Position numbers and translations under genes: made by a program
Shown here: positions 13,766 through 27,676 of the stretch, in pieces
Layout: each line of letters begins with the position of its first letter
Numbering within the stretch: position 1 is the first letter of the stretch
Assembly: GCF_009914755.1 (NCBI RefSeq)
Contig: NC_060928.1
Origin: the human T2T-CHM13v2.0 reference genome, Homo sapiens
Direction: 5' to 3' (one strand)
DNA: 64,000 bases
The notes under the pieces: model-generated
The model's input: the letters and a program-made list of their open reading frames with translations, nothing else
Databases searched by the model: none
What the model was told of the DNA's origin: nothing

Positions 13766-16700
13766 TGTGTTTCTAATTTTTAAGGCCCTACTTTAATTTC
13801 TACTGTCACTAAATAAAAAAGAACAAAAGCTTTTTCTTTTAAAAACCCTAGACATCATGTTCCTGCTTCTGCTGGAAAAAGAGACAGGATATCACCATCT
13901 CAAACCAGCACCTTTCAGCAACTGAAGCCTTTTTGTCCTCACCCTGAGTGTTAAGACAATGGCTCCCTCACACGTCACAGGCCCTGGAAGTGCTACAACA
14001 GCTGAATGGGTTTTCATGGGACATAAATCACTTTCCCACTACCTGCCACCTACAAACCTACTTCTCATGAACCTTGGATCCTGCACAATATGGCTCGTCA
14101 TATCCTTTGTGACTGCTATGAACAAGGGGACTATTTGCATGAGTAGATAGAGGGCATTTTTCCTTTTGACGGTTGGTGTTTTTCCCCCTTGTTCCTTGAA
14201 TTTTTTTTCATTAAAATCACAGAAACATTCAATGTCCACATGTCAGTTAAATTTTCAACTTATACTTGCATGTTTCATATAACTGTTGAGCACTTTAATA
14301 AGATTCTTGAAAGCATATTTATCTGTCCATTTCCTAATATATCTCCATATTCTTATAATTTTGCATGAGAGCTTTTGAGCAAATTTTCATCCCATTTTGG
14401 GGGCCTTAAACTGAGGAGAAAATATACACAGTAGACCACGCATTTACTGATTGACAATGTTTTCCCATATACAAATTTCCTAAATTCACTTATTCCTCTT
14501 GAAACTGAATTGCTGAAAAGAATAATGATTAAAGATATTCTTGTGGATGTGACACCACCTACATACATCTCATCCCATTGCTCTGTATTAAATTTGGACT
14601 GCTTAAAGTAGGAGTTATATATACTTGTTATGGGGACCAAAAAGCTGCCTGGAATTTTGTAGCCTTTATCACAAGCAGCTGAGAGGCTGTCTGAGAGTCA
14701 CATAAGTAGATCACAGCTGCCAATGGTCAGTCCAGGTGCCTGTGTTCCCTCCTTTTTCAGTGGCCTAGAGCACATGCTTCACCTGCATGCCCCATTCAGA
14801 CAAGAACAGATGCTGCTGCAACAAAGTGGTCCAACCACAACAAACAACACTTCTCTGTGAGCCATGTTATGCCAAAGCCTCTGCAGGCACAGATCATGAA
14901 GCAATTTAATACAAGCTTAGATAAAAAGCCAAGTGAACAATCTAGAAGCCAAAAGAAAACACAAGGGAAAGTTCCTTAGTTTTAGCGAGGAGAAGAAACA
15001 GGCAGAGTACATCTCCAGGGGAAATGAGAGGAAAGGGGAGGGGAGGCAACAGCTGTCCGCCAGGTCTATTTCAGGGAACCGGTGAAAACGTTATTTCCCT
15101 TACTCTGGCAACTGAGATTATGAGTCCTTATAATCCGTGCTTATAATTCTCAACTCTTTCTAGGGTCAGGAGGAGCAAGTGACATTGAACAGAGCCCAAG
15201 CAGAACAAGAATTATGTGTGCTGATTGTGCTAAACACAAAGTGGAGCCCCAGCATTTTTCTGAAAGTGGCTGGAAAGCAATCTCTAGCTTGGCTTGTAAA
15301 AACCTTATGGCGGGTGGGGGTGGGGAAATGAGGGATGCATCTCTCCCCTAAACAAGTCTCACAGGAAAAAATATCCATTAATGAAAAGACCTTTGCATTA
15401 GAAAAAGATGGCAGTGGGGATGTATGCTGACAACCTCGAGAATAATACCAAAGGCTAGAGCCAAAACATGTGATTCCAGTGTCAGGCCAGAGCCCAGCTG
15501 GAGCAGCCATGGGAAAAAAAGATACCATACAGAGGAGAAGCAGGGGGCCAGGGCTGAGTGAAGTGGGTGACAAATTGGTGCTAAGGCACCACAAGCGGCA
15601 GGCTTGTTTTCTCCCGCCTGATGTTGTAAGAGGCTTTTACACTGGAAGCCTGGATGCTGTGGAGGAGGGCGGGTGGCATATATGCAGCTGAGCTTTACTC
15701 TGAGACAGCAGGATGCTGTCACCACCAGCATAGCAGGGAAAACATGACGCAAGACCCATCTGGGACAGGTGGGTGCACAGCCCTTGGCAGGGGCACCGCA
15801 CGCAGGACAGGAGATTCAAACCCCAACACAACACATTCCCTGGGGCCAACGAACAAGCCTCGGCCTCAAGAGGAGGAATACAAATACTGGAGCTGATTGT
15901 AGCAGAAACAGCTGTGCTGCAGCCTACACGGCCAAGTGCAGGAGACGCTGGCATGATGTCTTCAAGAGGGTGCAGGCTCCCGAGTAGTGCAGCTACAAAG
16001 CTGCCCCCCAGGGTTTAACTGGCCAATTCTTGCAAAGGGGCACTCAATAAATAATGTGAAATTTGAATAAGTCTCTCCATCCTGCCTACTCCCAGCACAA
16101 AATCCATCAACAGACTGGATCTTCTTGTAACCTGTTGGGCCTATGAGGACGCAGAAGTGCAAAATACATTCCCTGCCCTCAAGGGGTTTATTGTCATCTA
16201 GGCCCGATGGTTCCTTCCAAATTGTGGGTAGCCTCCTACAGTGGATAGTCAAAATCAATTAAATGGGTCAAAATAAACACTGTTTTTAACACACACAAAA
16301 AAAGAAGAAAATGTTCCTGTGGAACTCTTAATTAAAATGTATGTGCCCATCACAACATTAAAATATATTCCTTACTATGGGACAAATTAAAAATAATTTC
16401 AAAAATAACTGATTACTGAAGAAACCAGGCACATCTAACCATTTACAAAGAACTTTTACACAATTGGTTTTACAGAATCCAGAAATCCCAGGATCCAGCT
16501 ATCATTATTATGCCTTTTTTCAGTGGTTCGGAGATGTGGCTGCCTTGTTCAAAGCAACACAGCACGGTTGGGATGTAATCGCAGATGGGTCTGCCTCCAG
16601 TATGTCCTCAAGTACCACAGGAGGTCAGAGAAGATGATGGTGAGCAATGAGGGCTAGACACAAAAGGAGAGAGAGGAAACCTGAAAGGGGCCTGGAAAGG

Positions 16701-16849
16701 CAGGGAGGACTTTGGCCAGGGCAGTGGGTCAGAGAAGTAACGAGTTCAGTTAGTTGTTGGCGGTGGTGGCGGGGCGGGGGGCCTGGTCAGGCGAGTGTTC
16801 AGTCCAATATAGCAGTGGGTACTGGAAGTTCAGAGCAGACTAAAGGGAT

Positions 16850-17190
16850 TAAACAGACTCATCTGGTCTCCATCAGTCCTGAGACTTCTCTAGCCTCTTT
16901 TTCACTTTCTTCATCTGTAAAATGGGGATGACAACAGGATCTACTTGAAAGGACTAAATGAAATAATACATGCAAACTGCTTGGGCTCAATATATGATAG
17001 CTTAAAAAAAAGGAGTCACATCACCTACGCAGAATCTTGCACCAATAGAGAAAATGAACACTTGTCACTGTATTTGGCCCTCACAACAATCCTATGAGAT
17101 AGGCAAGATGGGTTTTTAGAGCTCAGGAAACTCCAGCAGACAGACAGAATGACTTATGCTGGGGCTTCTGACCCAGTCCTCTTATTCCAC
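16850..17190. mobile_element. Two MIR fragments in opposite orientation
   Basis: TTCATCTGTAAAATGGGGATGACA core on +; CCTCACAACAATCCTATGAGATAGG core on -. Confidence 0.6.
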
Positions 17191-17218
17191 AGGGAAACAA
17201 GTAGAAAATAAGTCTGGA

Positions 17219-17565
<347 letters not shown>

Positions 17566-19896
17566 TCAGAGGCTAGGCAAAGAAATTTAGACTCCCACCA
17601 ATAACAGTTAGGGCTTAAAAGGGTTTTGAGGAAAGGAGATGGTGAGTGAGGGAGAGAAGATATAAAGGCTTTGAAATAAAGATAGCATACTGCTCTTAGA
17701 GTTAAACTTTAAAAAGCCAAGACATGCAAAATCATCCTGGAGAAACAGCTCCAAGCCCTAAAGAATTGAAAGTATTATATCTAAGGGTAAGAATGTCAAT
17801 CAGAAGGGCTTGGTCAGATTTGAAAGTGGAGGAAAGCAGATAGTCAAAGAGAACAGCAATGGCCTTGCCACTCCCAGCAATATGTAGTGAGAAAGGGCCT
17901 GAGGCAACCTCCTGAGCCTTGGAGGGTCAGGACCCACTGGCAAAGTCAGCCTCACTGTGGAGAAGGATGCAGGCAGCTGAAGCCAACTCACTTGGGGTAT
18001 TCCCACTGGCAAGCCTCCTGACTGTGAAATGGATGCCTCGGACTTAACCTTGATGCCATCTGACACTTCACTTCTCTTTGTTTTTATTCCATACCAGCCA
18101 AGTAAGCATCTGATTATGTTTTGGCTTCCCACGAAGGCCTGACTACAGGAAGAAAATGTGTACTAGATGTTCCCACACCAGAATCCCAGGCCATGAAATG
18201 GAAATAGAAACAGTTCTATTCTCATTTTAAGGCAGTAAGCAGACAATCTGGTTTTATATATCCACTTCCTGAACTGGGATAACACGATGGAGAGATTAGC
18301 TCTGGCTAGGCTCATAAAATCAGTTTCTAAGCCTTGGTCCTCAGGGGACCAAGGATGTCCACTGGAACACACTGCCCTGCAGAACTCCTTGGGAAAACCC
18401 ACTCTGACCATCTGCAGGGACGTCCTATTAGAAGGGATGTGGGAGGCAGCCTGATCTGGCTGCGGCAGAGTGCAGGATGGCTGGGGGTGCTCGTGTCAGC
18501 AAGCTAGCTCACAGGCTACAGACATAAGGTGACCAACAGTGTAAACTAGAGTAGAGGCAGTAGGAATGGAGAAAAACAGAGGAAAATACAAGAGACACTA
18601 AGGAAGTAAAAGAAATGCAAAGATGACTGGAGTTTCTATCTCTGGGACTCAGAGTGGGGCCCCCACCTTGGCAAGACAGAGAAGAAAATTTGCTGAACCT
18701 GGATGTGATTTGAGATATGTTCATTTGAGATGACACCATCAAAACTATACTCAGTCCAATGACTGGTTGGGACCATGATAGGACCATATTCATTAGATTG
18801 CTTGGTCACTCTATTCATTTCACAAACATTTACTGAGTGTCTACAATGTACCAGATATTACTCTGCCTGTCACTAGGGACCCCTGCCTTCAAGGAACTTA
18901 CATGGTCCAGTGGTGTTGGCAGAGAGGTCAATTTACTATCATAGTAAATATAGTAGGTTCTATGATGGGGATGTGCACAGAGTCCAAAGGGAATATCTAA
19001 AATAATGAACACCAAGAGAGAGAGAACAAAACTTTTTCAGCCAAAGGAAATCAATTTTCTTTAAACAGAAGAATCAATGTTATCCTTTCATCTTCTTGAA
19101 GTTTTGAATTCATGGAAATGTTGATTTTTAAATCAAACATCAAAATCCTATCTAATTTTACTTCCTTTCACCCTATAAGTGGTAAAAAACAAATAGCAAG
19201 AGGACTGAAAAATACTCTTAGCTGAGAGATTGCAGCAACACATGTAGAAACTCCCAAAAAAATAAAGGTACATGCCAGATCTGTGACAGCCCACAGAAAG
19301 GCAAACATCTAGTACATGGGCCAAAAACCAAACCATACGTAAGGCACTGCCTACGTAAAGACCACAGATTCATTCAGTTTCATCATCTGGCACAAAGTTT
19401 CCAAACTGCAATTCATATTAACAATTACTTTCCATTGACTGAAAATTTAAAAGATCACAAATGACAAGAAAGGTAAAACTAGAGAAATGTGCCTTGTCTA
19501 TAGGGCATATATAAATGCTGACTGCAAATTTCAGCACTTAGCAAGGTGGAGGGAAAAAAGAAAAATGCCACGTGAAAAGACACAAACGCAGTGTCTGAGC
19601 CAGCTTAGAGCCAGGATAGGTTAGGCAGAGGGAGGAACAGAAACAGAGAGAGATGGACTCAAGAAAGTATCCACATGAAGCCATATTTGCCTTTGAGAAC
19701 CTAATGTGACCTAAGCCCTTGACCAGGTAAACGCTCTCCCATTTTGCCATCTCTCCTCTTTCATACTCCACCCCACTTATGTCCACATCGCACCTCCTAC
19801 AGACCTGAGCCAAACTGGCTCTGAGCAACGCGTGCTGGGGCCTCACCTACCAGTACCCTGAGAAGGCCTGAGAACAGGGCCTCTCAGGGTGCCTGA

Positions 19897-19981
19897 GAGG
19901 TGGAGGTTGCAGCGAGCCGAGATCGCGCCACTACACTCCAATATGGGCGACAGAGCAAGACTCTATCTCAAAAAAAAAAAG
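19897..19981 (+). mobile_element. Alu right-arm 3' fragment
   Basis: GAGGTGGAGGTTGCAG...TCTC plus A tail; no TSD found. Confidence 0.85.
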
Positions 19982-20857
19982 AAATCCATGTAGTAAAAGT
20001 TACTGTAACTCACTCAGAGGTCAATGGACCACTTGTCTATTTTCCTCATTCTAGCAAGTTCTAGCAGCCCTGATCATCTGGCTTTCAAATCAAAGGCTTA
20101 TTATAAAACAGCAAATTCAAAATGGAGATGGGCTGGCCACTAGCCATACTGACAAAAGCAAAACCAGACAGCCAAGGAGGGGACACACATCACATAAAGG
20201 GCGGTGTGAAGAACCGCGTGGACCCTGAAGTCCGTGGCCACTCATGGAGGGCAGGCTGCACGGGGGAGCGCAGAAGGGGCTGCTGGCGGGGAGGAGGGAG
20301 TCTGGGGAAAGGGGAAGTGCACAGGGTTACTGCAGGGGGGTGGCTGGCAAACCCCAGGCAGCCTGGAGCATTGCAACCAACAAGAAGTTCTCCCACAAAC
20401 CGTTCTGGCTTTTTTTTTTTTTTTCAAATTTACAATGTTAGTATAATGACTAAAAACAGTAACTAAAAGCACTACTAAACTGATAACAGCATTTTTATTA
20501 TACCATTCTGGGTGAGGTAAGTAAAAAAAAACCACATACTGTGCAAGGTTAGGAAAATTTGACATCAGAAAGGGGGCACTTGTGTGTGTAAAGGTGAGGA
20601 GCTACCCATACGGTGGAAGGTTAGCCTTGAGGCTGACAAACCTGGATGCAAATCACGGCTGCTCCTCTCAGCTGTGTGTATGTAAAATGGGCATCAAACT
20701 ATCTACATCATACGATTTTGTAAAGGAAAGGACCCAGGGCAGTGACCATTTCCTTTGGTGAATTAGTTTGTTCACACGTTCAAGAAACAAGTAACAATAT
20801 GTACTACCAGACATTGTGGATATAACAGTGAACCTCCAAAATTTCTGCTGTCAATGA

Positions 20858-21214
<357 letters not shown>

Positions 21215-22026
21215 CAGAGGGACATTAAGACCGTAAGCATAGGCACAATGCACTCTAGGGTCCCTGACCAATCTACAAACAGGGAGAACAAAGCCTGGAC
21301 AGTGACACAGTTGTGAAGATTAAAGAGCTTTAATTAATTCCCACTTACTTCAGCAAATATTTAATGTGGCTGTGTACCAGCACTGTTCTAGGGGCCAGGG
21401 TCACAGCACAGAACAGACTGAGACCGCTACCTTCATGAAGCTTACGTTTGGGAAAGCAGGAAAAGTAAGATCATAAACACTATAAAGCCTACTACGTCTC
21501 AGACATTCTGTTTTCAGAGGGCAAGGAAGACTTCAGAAAGAGTTCATTCAAAGTGATTAAAAGAAAAACGTTTATGCTTAATGGGGGAACCCCTCAGCTA
21601 TCTGAAAAGTTAGCTGTCCAAAATAACACAATCCTAGCACTAGCTGAGGTTTTAGTGTGCTCCCCTTTTACCTTCTTGACTTCCTTTTCTCTTATACCCA
21701 TTAAAGTAAATATGGAGATGAAAAGATGTTGTAAATACATTTCCCTCACGTAGCACCTCTTCCTCATTCACCTGGAACATGTTTACCTAGTGTGACAATG
21801 AACAGTCCAGATTGTCTAACTCATGAGAAAGGGCCATGTCACAATCACAGTGATTTGTTTAAAGAATCTTGCCCACTGCATAATTAGCCTGTAGGTCACC
21901 ATCTGTCTCTAAGTCCTCATAAAACTAACCATATGTTGTTTTCATCAAGGGCTGAACAAAAGTAACATAGACCCTTCTCCAAGGAAAATGCTACACGTTT
22001 CTTATGGAGAAAGAGGATATTGAGAG

Positions 22027-22070
22027 AATGCTTGGCTTCCCAGTTATTAATGCTTGGCTTCTCAGTTATT
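22027..22070. repeat. 22-bp tandem duplication
   Basis: AATGCTTGGCTTC(C/T)CAGTTATT twice. Confidence 0.9.
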
Positions 22071-22337
22071 ACCATATTTCCTTTATATTTAGAAAATTTT
22101 TATTTTGTTCTGTTCATGCTTTGACCATGGCTATTAACCCAAGCAACACTAACAATTGCTAGAAGTTTCTGAAGGGGGCTCTTCTAGGAGACATTGGGTA
22201 AATAGGCTTAGGGCCTCCAAATTTTATTTTTCCTCTGTGGTTTGACCTCGTAATATGAAGAGAAAAACATACAAGCAAATATATCTTATAAACAGTTCTA
22301 TCTATTGTCCATTGCATTTAAAAATGCAAACTCATGA

Positions 22338-22502
<165 letters not shown>

Positions 22503-23976
22503 TAGTAACACTATTCTAAAGTAGATAACAACTACAAGAGAATCTAAATCATCACTTGAAACTGTTTGAAAACTGTCATCGAATACTATTTTGATTTATG
22601 AGAGCAAGAATTCTCAAACTGTTAAGTACTGATCTTCTCACATCACCCACCAAGGACTAAACAATCTTAATAAGAAGCAGAAGTACAAAATGTTCTGAAT
22701 TTTAGTTTGGTTTAGTTCATTTTTTAAACAAAATATGGATAAAAATTATCCCAAAAATGTACATACAGCTTAAAATTACATGGCAGGGAACACTGAAGCA
22801 TTTAGGTAACTCAGGAATGTTAGAATCTCATGGTACAAGTGGATCATTAACACTGCTCTTATGATGCAGAGAAACCAGTTCATCAACTGCCTTCCCTGAG
22901 GGCATTACAAAATTAATCTGATCCTTGGTCTACAGATTCACGCATCAACTGTATTTACAAAACTGGCCACAATGTCATCATTTTAAAAAGGCCAAGAGTT
23001 TCCTACAAGGCTAATGATCCCATTTGGCCTGGGAAAGTATTTGTTGAACTGAATTGAATGGTGCAGAGAAGGGAATTTTAACTTTCCATATATCCTGACT
23101 CATTAATCCTCAAGTTAACCCGTTACCAAAAACAGCCAACCTCTCAAACCTTTAAAGGTTTATGCGCACATCATATTTCACCTACTTACTGACCTTGAAT
23201 TGCATCTCTTCATTTTTTCTAAACTTACCAACAGTTGATGGGCAGGGTTCCTCGTCATAGAGTTTCACTAAAGGTTTATTTTACCCCCTGCACTGAGAGC
23301 ACTTACCTTTCTCACGTGTGTATAATTTAAGCCTAATTCTTACAGGATATTTAACAGTTATCCCTCAGAGATCTTGAGCATTCTCCTAGAGACCTCTTTA
23401 CCTTATGGCACTAGGTCTTACAATGAATGTTTCCAGTCTAACAGGGCCTTGATCTTCTTAGCATAAGCTGCAGTGCTTCATCCAAGGGCCCTATCAAGGT
23501 TTCTCCCCTTCCTTCCACGGCAATGTCCTAGGGTGTCACAAAGAATAGTAACAGCAGCGTGATCTAAGGGCAGAGAGACAGACCTGGCTTCCCATCCCGG
23601 CTCATACACTTCTTGCAATCCTGGTTTCAACTTTTCTAAATGGGAATGCCATCTCCTCACCCTTATTCAGGGTAGCTATGACTATTACCTAAAAGCACGA
23701 AGGGTGCCTAGCGACGGACCTGATCCCCAACAGACACATGGTAAATGGCAACATTACTGAAGAAGTTAGAGGCCGCTCTGCCTGGTGAAGTCTGCTTTTT
23801 GTAATCCATTTAAATGGTCTTTGTCCACTGTCCAATGCATTTAAGTCCTCCTAAAAAAGAAAAGGGCACCACGAAGATTAAGAGCTAGCCAGGTGAAGAG
23901 GGTGGCAGCTGGAATGTTCTGGGCCACAGGAAAAGCACAGACTCCGGAGTGTAGGAGCTGAGAGGTGCAGACAAGG

Positions 23977-23977
23977 G

Positions 23978-24008
<31 letters not shown>

Positions 24009-24012
24009 CAGC
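23977..24012. repeat. (GCCAGA)n hexamer repeat, about 6 units
   Basis: Read directly from the sequence. Confidence 0.95.
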
Positions 24013-24745
24013 ACGCTGAGTGGAGAAGGAAACAGAGTCTTGTGAATCCCCTCTGCAAGGAACACCTCATGACACAGGGAAAGCTTACAATGTAGTGGCA
24101 AATTTTTAAAAATAAAGTACAAACTCAACATGAACAAAATGGATCCATATATACAAATATCTGGAAAACAAAAAATATAGAAAATTATTTAAAATATGTA
24201 AGTCATCAGAGATAATCGCTACTCACACACACATTCTCTCTCAGATTTATACATAGGCTTTCTGAATTTTTCACAAAAGTATTTGAGCACATAGTATATC
24301 TCTAACAGGCTGGCGGGCTCTTTTTTTTTTTTTTTTAAAGCCCATACTGTCAGTCTCTTTTCAATGAGACAATATAACTCCTAATCTTTCAGATCTAAGC
24401 TCTTCAATACACATACTACCTGAGAAGTTTGAAAGCCCCCAGTGAACCTTGTTCCCCAGCTCTTTCTGCTGATTCCCTTCTCTCTTTCTGCTAACGAGAC
24501 GTCTGTGGTTATTTACTGGGTAATTTCACCAGCCAGAACCACTGGGGCTAATCCAAGGGTTTCTTTTCCTCAGAAACAAAAACAACAGCAGCAAAATCTC
24601 CTTATTTATAATATTCAACACCTCCCACAACAGTCACATAATATTCTAGAAACTTTTCCTCTTTCATCTACAATATCCTGAATATTGTATTCAATGCCAT
24701 TCCCATCCATCTGCGCCCCCCACCCCACAAAAAAAAAAAAAAAGT

Positions 24746-25053
<308 letters not shown>

Positions 25054-25407
25054 TTATGTCCTTTCTCAGCCTCTGATAACTTAGGTTATTCTGTTGCTTT
25101 CTGGATATTCACATTATTTACAAGAAAATTAAAAAAAAAATCAAACAGTATTAATTTCCTCTTTCCCCCTCAATTCATGTACACAATCCACTTTGCCAAC
25201 ATATTAAACTTCAAATGTTTCAATTAACTCAAAATCAACCTGCAATGTTACAAAACTTAAACTTACATTGCTAAGTCTACAATCACCACAAATATTGCCT
25301 TTTTCAAAAAGGGAAAATTTTTAAAAACATAGTTGTATATCAACCAAATGAGATTGTCTGAATATGTTGATTTTTATCTAGATATTTTGATTTAAAAAAT
25401 GTCATGG

Positions 25408-26016
<609 letters not shown>

Positions 26017-26654
26017 ATATTTACTGCATTTTATTAAGTCTCCCCTCCTGGTATTCATGGAAATAGAAAATAACTGTTTTATATTCTGCTGAAAAATGAA
26101 ACCCCAATCTAAAACTCAATTTGAGAAAAAATTATTCATACTTCTCTCTCATATTTCTGTTAACAGAGAAGCCAGAAGCAGTGCCATCCCTACTTTCAAC
26201 CCTAAGGCTCACACATTATATTAAAGTTTTGTGAAGTACCTGGCACTTCTCATGCAGAAGTTACTGACATACTGATTTAAAATGTTTACCACCCTTAAAA
26301 TTTGCCAAGAAACTTGCCAACCAGAATCTTTATTGTTTCCCCCCCTGAAACTCCAAGTCCCCTCATCATTTGCCTTCTCCCAGCCCAGAGACATCTACCT
26401 ACCTTTCCCTCACAGCATCGCTCCATAATTGACCTCCAGTGAAGGACCTACCATTACATAAGTGATGTCATTTGCCAACAACTTCACCTGTGGTACCTAT
26501 CAGGGTCCGTTTATTTTGGACCTGTACTGTATCAATTTTTGCTGTTTATCACATTTGACAAAAGTGTCAGCAAGTAGAAAGCAGCAATGACGAAGCCCTG
26601 AGGAAAACTGGAACACCCCAGAGAAAGAAAAGAGAAGCAATGTCACATGGCCTT

Positions 26655-26882
26655 TAGGAGCACTGGCTCCAGAGCCTGACTCTTTCAGCCCAAATCCAGT
26701 TCTGCTATTCACTGGCTGTGTCAATTGGCTGTGTGAGTGACTTTACCTCTCTAGAAATGGAGATACCCATAATACTAATCCTTAGGGTGTTTGTGATAAT
26801 GAAAACAGATCAAGGAGGTAAACTGGGTAAAGTCCTCAGCACAGTGCCCGGCACATGGTAAACACAATAAGTATTAGCTACT
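26655..26882 (+). mobile_element. MIR
   Basis: CCAAATCCAGTTCTGCTA...AGCACAGTGCCCGGCACATGGTAAACAC. Confidence 0.7.
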
Positions 26883-27381
26883 TTTTAGAGATCTGTCTAC
26901 CAATTCAGGAATTAAGAATTCCCTCAGAGATTCAGCATTATTAATTATACCTTAAATCTGTGTGAGTTGGCAGCATCACATTAGATCACAAGATTCAACA
27001 CACATCCTATTTTTTGGCACTTATTAATTCTGGAGAGCTAATTAGAAAGTGAAAGTTATTTTAGGAAAGGAATGCAAGCAGTTATGCAGAATTAATCAAT
27101 TATGCAAAGCTGTGTGGTCAGGACACAGCCCAAGTCTCACAGAACCTCCCCTTGAGACATGAACTTGCAACATGAACTGGAAACCCCATCACCTTTATCC
27201 CTGCAGAGCCAACACATCTGTGAAGGAATTCATTCACGGTACCCTTAAATACTTACATTTAAAGTGAAAGTAATCGTGGAATGATATTCAGTTTGTCTAT
27301 TCACAGATGAATTCCTCTTAGCTCTTCCCCAAATAATAACTTCCCTAGACTTTTCTCCTTCTTTCATTAAGTATTTATTAG

Positions 27382-27676
<295 letters not shown>

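Noticed and set aside
16005-16020. Possible CTCF site (GCTGCCCCCCAGGG)
   Set aside because: Lacks the central AG of the core motif; too weak to call without ChIP data.
15166-16258. Cluster of overlapping ORFs on both strands
   Set aside because: Locally higher GC lowers stop frequency; no domain similarity, consistent frame or splice structure.
23977-24012. (GCCAGA)n giving LALALA/WLWLWL peptides or a CRISPR-like array
   Set aside because: Simple hexamer microsatellite with no spacers.
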